NCBI GenBank assembly: GCA_965235115.1 | Contig: OZ249436.1 | Span: forward strand, 31,560,001-31,624,000 | Direction of reading: 5' to 3' | DNA from: Laetmonice hystrix | Taxonomy: Eukaryota | DNA length: 64,000 nt | Shown here: one piece after another, positions 58,601-64,000 of the stretch | Numbering within the stretch: the first letter of the stretch is position 1 | Layout: every line of letters begins with the position of its first letter | The notes under the pieces: model-generated | The model's database searches: none | Seen by the model: only the letters and a program-made list of their open reading frames with translations | What the model was told of the DNA's origin: nothing | Made by a program: the position numbers and the translations under genes

Positions 58601-61600
58601 AATACTTCACGGCATTTGATTGACCAGCACAGCCTGAAGTTTTGATTTTAAAAATGACACTTCCCCCACTCCGCATACGTCTGAAAAACATTATTTTAAT
58701 GAAGATTAAATTTTTAATTATCCAGATGCTAATTAAGCCTAATATGACCTACTTATAAGAGATGTAGGCTATAAGGTGTGGTCAGCGTCTCGGTTAAAAT
58801 GTGCTTGGTTGTTATGTTAGACCTTGCTCGCAGCCACCTAGTGTCATATTTGTAAACTACGACCATTCTGTGTCAACTGTCATTGCATAGGAAGTTTTCA
58901 GGGCACTTCCCTCCTGGACATTTGCCCCCCTAGGACATCTGCCCCCAGACATTCGCCCCCGGACATTAGCCCCCGTAGGACTTTTGCCGTCTAGGACATC
59001 TGCCCCCCTCCCCGACACCCCCCCCCCCCTCCGGACATTAAGCCCCGTAGGATAGGGTTAGGGTTAGGTTTGGGTCCTAGGGGGACAGAAGTAGATCTAC
59101 TACCCGTAGGACAGGGTTAGAGTTAGGGTTAGGGTTAGGGTTATGTTAGGGTACTAAGGGGGCAGAAGTAGGTCTACTACGGGGGTTATATGTCCGGGGG
59201 GGTGGGGATGTCTGGGGTCACTGGCACAGCGACAGAGGTTGATGGGGGTGGGGTACAGAAAAAGTAATTATGTCAAATGCGAGGCGAGCAAAGCGAGCAA
59301 AGCGAGCACCGCAAGTGTGAAGCGAAAGCATTTAAGCTGCATTTTTCTGTTTTATGGTGAATTTATGTGGCGGGCGGTCAGGGCTGCACCCGGGAAGACA
59401 TGGACGCAATGGAAGAAACTGCGCCCAGGAAGACATGGATGCAATGGAAGAGGCTGTGCCCAGGAAGACATGGACGCATCGAAAGAGGCTGTGCCCAGGA
59501 AGACATGGACGCAATGAAAGAGGCTGTGCCCAGGAAGACATGGACGCAATGGAAGAGACTGTGCCCAGGAAGACATGGACGCATCGAAAGAGGCTGTGCC
59601 CAGGAAGACATGGATGCAATGGAAGAGGCTGTGCCCAGGAAGACATGGACGCAATGGAAGAGACTGTGCCCAGGAAGACATGGATGCAATGAAAAAGGCT
59701 GTGCCCAGGAAGACATGGACGCATCGAAAGAGGCTGTGCCCAGGAAGACATGGATGCAATGGAAGAGGCTGTGCCCAGGAAGACATGGACGCAATGGAAG
59801 AGACTGTGCCCAGGAAGACATGGATGCAATGAAAAAGGCTGTGCCCAGGAAGACATGGATGCAATGAAAAAGGCTGTGCCCAGGAAGACATGGACGCAAT
59901 GCCAGAGACTGTGCCCAGGAAGACATGGACGCAATGCCAGAGACTGTGCCCAGGAAGACATGGACGCAATGCCAGAGACTGTGCCCAGGAAGACATGGAC
60001 GCAATGCCAGAGACTGTGCCCAGGAAGACAGTCTGGTTATTAAAAGCCATGCTTCTACAGCTTTAAAACATATGAACCTTTGTGTGAGGCAAGTTTGATA
60101 ACGATTCGTAGCGCGGTGTATGGAAAAAGTGGCGGTGGTGCCGGTGGCGGCTTTCCCCTCTCGCCAGGGCGTCCCCACTGCCAAACCGGGCCTCGCTTTT
60201 TCAGATTCCCGACTTTTTTTCAACAACAAAATTATTTTTTTTCGTTTTCCTCACTTTTCACTTCCTGAATTTTGTGCGTTTTGTTGAAAGAAATATGTTT
60301 TCATTTTCCTGACTGCTTATGCAAAAAGTAAGGAAAACGGAAGTGAAAAGTCGAGAAAACGGAAGTGAATAGTCCGGAAAACGAATGTAAAAAGTCGGAA
60401 AATATAAAAATAATTTTTTACATGCATGTCCTTTCCCAGCCACCGTGCCACCGTGCCACATCACACATTATTTTCAACGGATATCATGCCGTACCCCGCT
60501 GCAGCCAAAATTGATCATGGCTGCATCCGTCACCTAGCACGGGCCAAAGCCACCAAAAGTCAACTGGCAAATGTTTTCGGGGGCATTCTACTAGTAGGAA
60601 CAATAGAGAAAGGTCCACTTGATTAGTAAAGTGATGCGGTTTGGGGCGAGTCTAAATAAAAATTCTCAACGCCCGATGAGGGACTCGGACCCGCGACCCT
60701 CAGATTAAAAGTATGATGCTCTACAGACTGAGCTAACAGGGCGCTCCGAAACGATTTGTCGTCAACAATATTTTTTCTACCACTTTATTCTTTATAATGA
60801 TTTGACTAAGAATCATCTATTTCAATAACTTTTACATTTCTCTTTCCAAGTCATAAGACTGGATTCTGTGAACTGACCTAGCTCACCCCCCACCCTCCAC
60901 CCCCACCCCCACCCCCACCCCCACACACACCATCGACGTAGAGTACTCTAGGTCTATGCACACACTAAGCATACTGTATTCAACAATCATACACAACAAC
61001 AAGAAACTTTACCTGGGAAGGGCTGGGTTCTTCTTAGAGTCGACTTCACAGACAAACTTGGGGGGCACGGACTTGAACTTCTTGGGGTCGGCGCTGTTGA
61101 CGAGTGAAGCCGCGTTTAGAAGTCCAAAGCCGAATCGGGAATTTACATAAAAACCAGCCCCGTTTTTCTGTGGGTCAAATAACAATTGTCAGTAGGCCTA
61201 CAGACTAACATAAACTACATAACATCCCTTCAGGTTCGAATGGCATGTTACCTTTAAAAAGTAGGCTATTACCAGAATGACGTCGTATAAGATATATGTG
61301 TGAAATTGTTAAAGATCGGCCCACGTTCCCTGCAGAAAATTGGAATAATTCTGTCGAGGTATGCCCAATGGAATATGGTTACCTTCCAGCCCTTTGACAG
61401 TAAGAGGGGTTTAATCTCAGATGTCCACGCGATAAGATGCTTACCTTCCAGCCCTTTGACAGTAAGAGGGGTTTAATCTCAGATGTCCACGCGGAATATG
61501 CTTACCTTCCAGCCCTTTGACAGTAAGAGGGGTTTAATCTCAGATGTCCACGCGATAAGATGCTTACCTTCCAGCCCTTTGACAGTAAGAGGGGTTTAAT

Positions 61601-63497
61601 CTCAGATGTTCACGCGGAATATGCTTACCTTCCAGCCCTTTGACAGTAAGAGGGGTTTAATCTCAGATGTCCACGCGGAATATGCTTACCTTCCAGCCCT
61701 TTGACAGTAAGAGGGGTTTAATCTCAGATGTCCACGCGATAAGATGCTTACCTTCCAGCCCTTTGACAGTAAGAGGGGTTTAATCTCAGATGTCCACGCG
61801 ATAAGATGCTGCACATCTCTCCATGTCAGACTGGGACTGAAATACACAGCAAGTATCTAACTATCGACATCGCGGCAGGCATCACTCAAGGTATCTCAGC
61901 TTTATTTTGTTTGGAACATTGAGGGGAAAAGCGAGGATTTTCAAAGGCGAAGGTCGCGTTTCTGCCAAATATTAGCAGGAAAGGATGCAGGCGTGACATA
62001 GATATGATCGTCCGTTGCTATATAATACTAGCACTTACTTTGTTTCCAGAACGAGGGCGAGAATTCCTACCGCCAGGGGCGCTGATGCTGAAGTGCCCGT
62101 ATGTGACATGGTGCATTTATCATGGAGGTCTGTGCTGATCTAGATGCATTTCAAAACAATATCATTGCAATTTACTATAGATATTCATTGAAAATAAAGC
62201 CGGGGAAATTTTAAGGACATGATTAAAACTCTATTTATCAATTTAAACCATCTACGGAATTGGAAACGAAAGCAATGAGCTAATCTGTTTTACACCTCAT
62301 CAGCTCCTTTCGTTCTCAGGACAGAACTCACGGGTCCCTACGACTTTCCAATTTCGTTTCACATTCTCTTTTAATCCCTGGCAGCGATTACTTTTTACCT
62401 TCGTTTCCTACAATTGTCATAGCGTCACCTTCCCAGTGGGACTACTCAATTATTCCGATTCTCTTGAGGTGGTTTACTCTTACGCCGGCAGACTCGTTTT
62501 CTATCACTTTAAAAATATTGCCGGATTGCGTTACTTGCGTTTTTTCTTTCTGCAATTATTACCACCTCTAGCTCAGCATACGGTCTTGTCCATTTTATTG
62601 TATTGTGACCATTTCACGTACTATTTTCTGATCACTGATGGTACCGGAAGAGTAGGTGGTTGCCATGGTGGAGGCACATTTCTCGGCGTACCATGGCGAC
62701 TGGCAGTGCTGGGAGGCCGAGGACACAGATATGGTATAGATGGAGCCAGTGTAACCGTCACAGTTACAGTTGTCGTCGTGCATGCCACCGTTTCCAGACG
62801 CCCACACGTACAACACCCCTTTACCTCCGCGGCCCTTTGAAGTAAAAGATAATCCCTTGGATTAGAAATACTTGTAAACGACCTCAGGATGGGCTACTGT
62901 TCCAAGGTTATGAGGGTTATTTATTTAGAATTGACATGGTGTAAGGCTACTAAGGTGACGTCCATGGTTGAAGACAGACTTTTAAAGCTTCTAATGTTAT
63001 AAAATACAACGGACTAATTGGTCATATTTTATAGGCACCTAAAATTTATTTTATGGCGGTTGTTTGAAAAAGTCTGGAAGAATATTCTGTGCCAGATTTA
63101 GGCCTGCAGTTTGTTTTGCCACAGTTCAAAACTTTTACGAAAAATTAGCAAACTTTTCTAAAAAGCCCTGCAGTTTCAAAACTTTTACGAAAAGTTAGCA
63201 AACCTTTTTTAAAAGGCCTGCAATTTCTCTTACCATAGTTCAAAACGTTTACGGGAACTTAGCAAACCTTTCTGAAACATTAAAAGAACCGAAAAAGAAC
63301 TGATGGAAGTGTTTGAAGGCCTACCTTTGTGATACCTTCTTGGAATGCTTTGGAAGCGAGCTGGCCGGGACCCTCCACTGTCTTACCGTCATCATTGGGG
63401 CCCCAGGAGGCGCTAAAGATGTCCACCACACCGAGGCCGTGCGACAGCGCATGCGCCTCAAGGCGGTCGGTCACCCGGCCGTCCAACATCCGGATTC
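55684..63497 (-). CDS. PCSK1: Prohormone/neuroendocrine convertase 1 (PC1/3)-like subtilisin protease, 3' part (5' exons beyond window)
   Basis: Exons 63497-63325 ([23 protein letters not shown]), 62834-62622 (WASGNGG oxyanion Asn, CNCDGYT), 62139-62039 (HTGTSASAP catalytic Ser), 61836-61752 ([15 protein letters not shown]), 61167-61013 ([24 protein letters not shown]1-like), 58680-58523 and 58017-57881 (P domain, [11 protein letters not shown]), 57568-57428, probable last exon 56028-55684. Phases consistent; last exon less certain. Confidence 0.9.
58178..58253. mobile_element. Minimal GGCGGATCC-family MITE
   Basis: CAGTGGCGGATCC ... GGATCCGCTCCTA, 76 bp. Confidence 0.55.
58910..59215. repeat. 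Repeat element with GGACATTTGCCCCC subrepeats and short TTAGGG tracts
   Basis: GGACAT(T/C)TGCCCCC x4-5; interrupted (TTAGGG)n at ~59054-59070 and ~59113-59151. Confidence 0.55.
59383..60030. repeat. 35-bp minisatellite (~18 copies) in PCSK1 intron
   Basis: Unit GTGCCCAGGAAGACATGGACGCAATGGAAGAGGCT; explains the overlapping repetitive ORFs. Confidence 0.93.
60670..60742 (-). tRNA. tRNA-Lys(TTT)-derived sequence, probably pseudogene
   Basis: GCCCTGTTAGCTCAGTCTGTAGAGCATCATACTTTTAATCTGAGGGTCGCGGGTCCGAGTCCCTCATCGGGCG resembles eukaryotic tRNA-Lys(UUU), but D-loop GG is TG, T-loop TTC is TCC, and the anticodon and acceptor stems are mispaired. Confidence 0.75.
61379..61810. repeat. 61/62-bp tandem repeat (7 units) built from the 3' end of a PCSK1 exon plus its splice donor
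   Basis: Minus-strand unit GCATCTTATCGCGTGGACATCTGAGATTAAACCCCTCTTACTGTCAAAGGGCTGGAAG|gtaa; donor G at 61751, 61689, 61628, 61567, 61505, 61444, 61382. Confidence 0.93.
63105..63280. repeat. Three diverged ~50-bp repeats in PCSK1 intron
   Basis: TTCAAAACTTTTACGAAAA(A/G)TTAGCAAAC repeated three times. Confidence 0.7.
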
Positions 63498-64000
63498 CTG
63501 ACAAAATGTAGTGGCAACTGATTAAACAAAACCAGGCAATCCTTGTAACAGTTCCATCTTCTTTATTTCAGGCACGTCTATATTCCATGACGACAGCTCC
63601 GGAGTAGCCTATAACCCAGTCTTCACCTATTTCGAACGCGACGCCAAACGTCTATATTCAAAGACTTCATTACTGACAAAGATCAATTACATAGAAGGTT
63701 CGGTAATTAGGGATTCGACTTAATTCAAGTTTTTTGGGGCACCTACTATACTAGTGGTAGGTTTATTAGACGGAGAAAAACAGAAATGTATTAGGCCTAC
63801 TATAGTAGGCCTATATAAATTATAAAACGTAGGCCAAACAGGAGGCCTATAGCCACGTATCCTAATGCCCTATAGTGCCTATCTAAATCTCTGGCCTACA
63901 GAAACGTTGTTTTCAACGTTTATTATAGACTCTAACCTTCTTTTAAAAACTTATTTTTATTACGCTCAAAATGTATCCTTGAGGTGTGTGTGCCTGCGAA

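Noticed and set aside
59054..59151. Interstitial telomere or chromosome fusion site
   Set aside because: Only short interrupted TTAGGG tracts embedded in a repeat element; no head-to-head arrays.
59332..60229. Long overlapping ORFs (up to 283 aa) on both strands
   Set aside because: Products of a stop-poor 35-bp minisatellite inside a PCSK1 intron.
61379..61810. CRISPR-like regular 61/62-bp periodicity
   Set aside because: Units are near-identical over their whole length and derive from a PCSK1 exon.

Overview
Intron-rich invertebrate (metazoan) genomic DNA; I cannot determine the exact lineage. Five protein-coding loci were reconstructed by hand from GT-AG exons with consistent phases. (1) A RICH/ARHGAP17-44-type BAR-RhoGAP gene (minus strand, 2794-31425) with an extra 717-nt alternative exon. 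(2) A head-to-head FTCDNL1-like formiminotransferase N-terminal-subdomain gene (plus, 35386-38963), separated from the RhoGAP gene by a 52-bp satellite. (3,4) Two tandem noelin/olfactomedin-like genes (minus): one intact, one carrying an in-frame TAGGCC insertion that creates a stop. (5) The 3' part of a PC1/3 (PCSK1)-like prohormone convertase (minus), running off the right edge. The window also holds many MITEs (piggyBac-, hAT-, Harbinger-, CACTA-like), a decayed Gypsy element, several minisatellites and a degenerate tRNA-Lys. Most notable observations: TA-to-TAGGCCTA insertions, demonstrable against paralog or repeat consensus, that look like transposon excision footprints and knocked out one olfactomedin copy; a sevenfold tandem amplification of a PCSK1 exon end plus splice donor; and a tandem duplication that carried along and then deleted the PCSK1 last exon.
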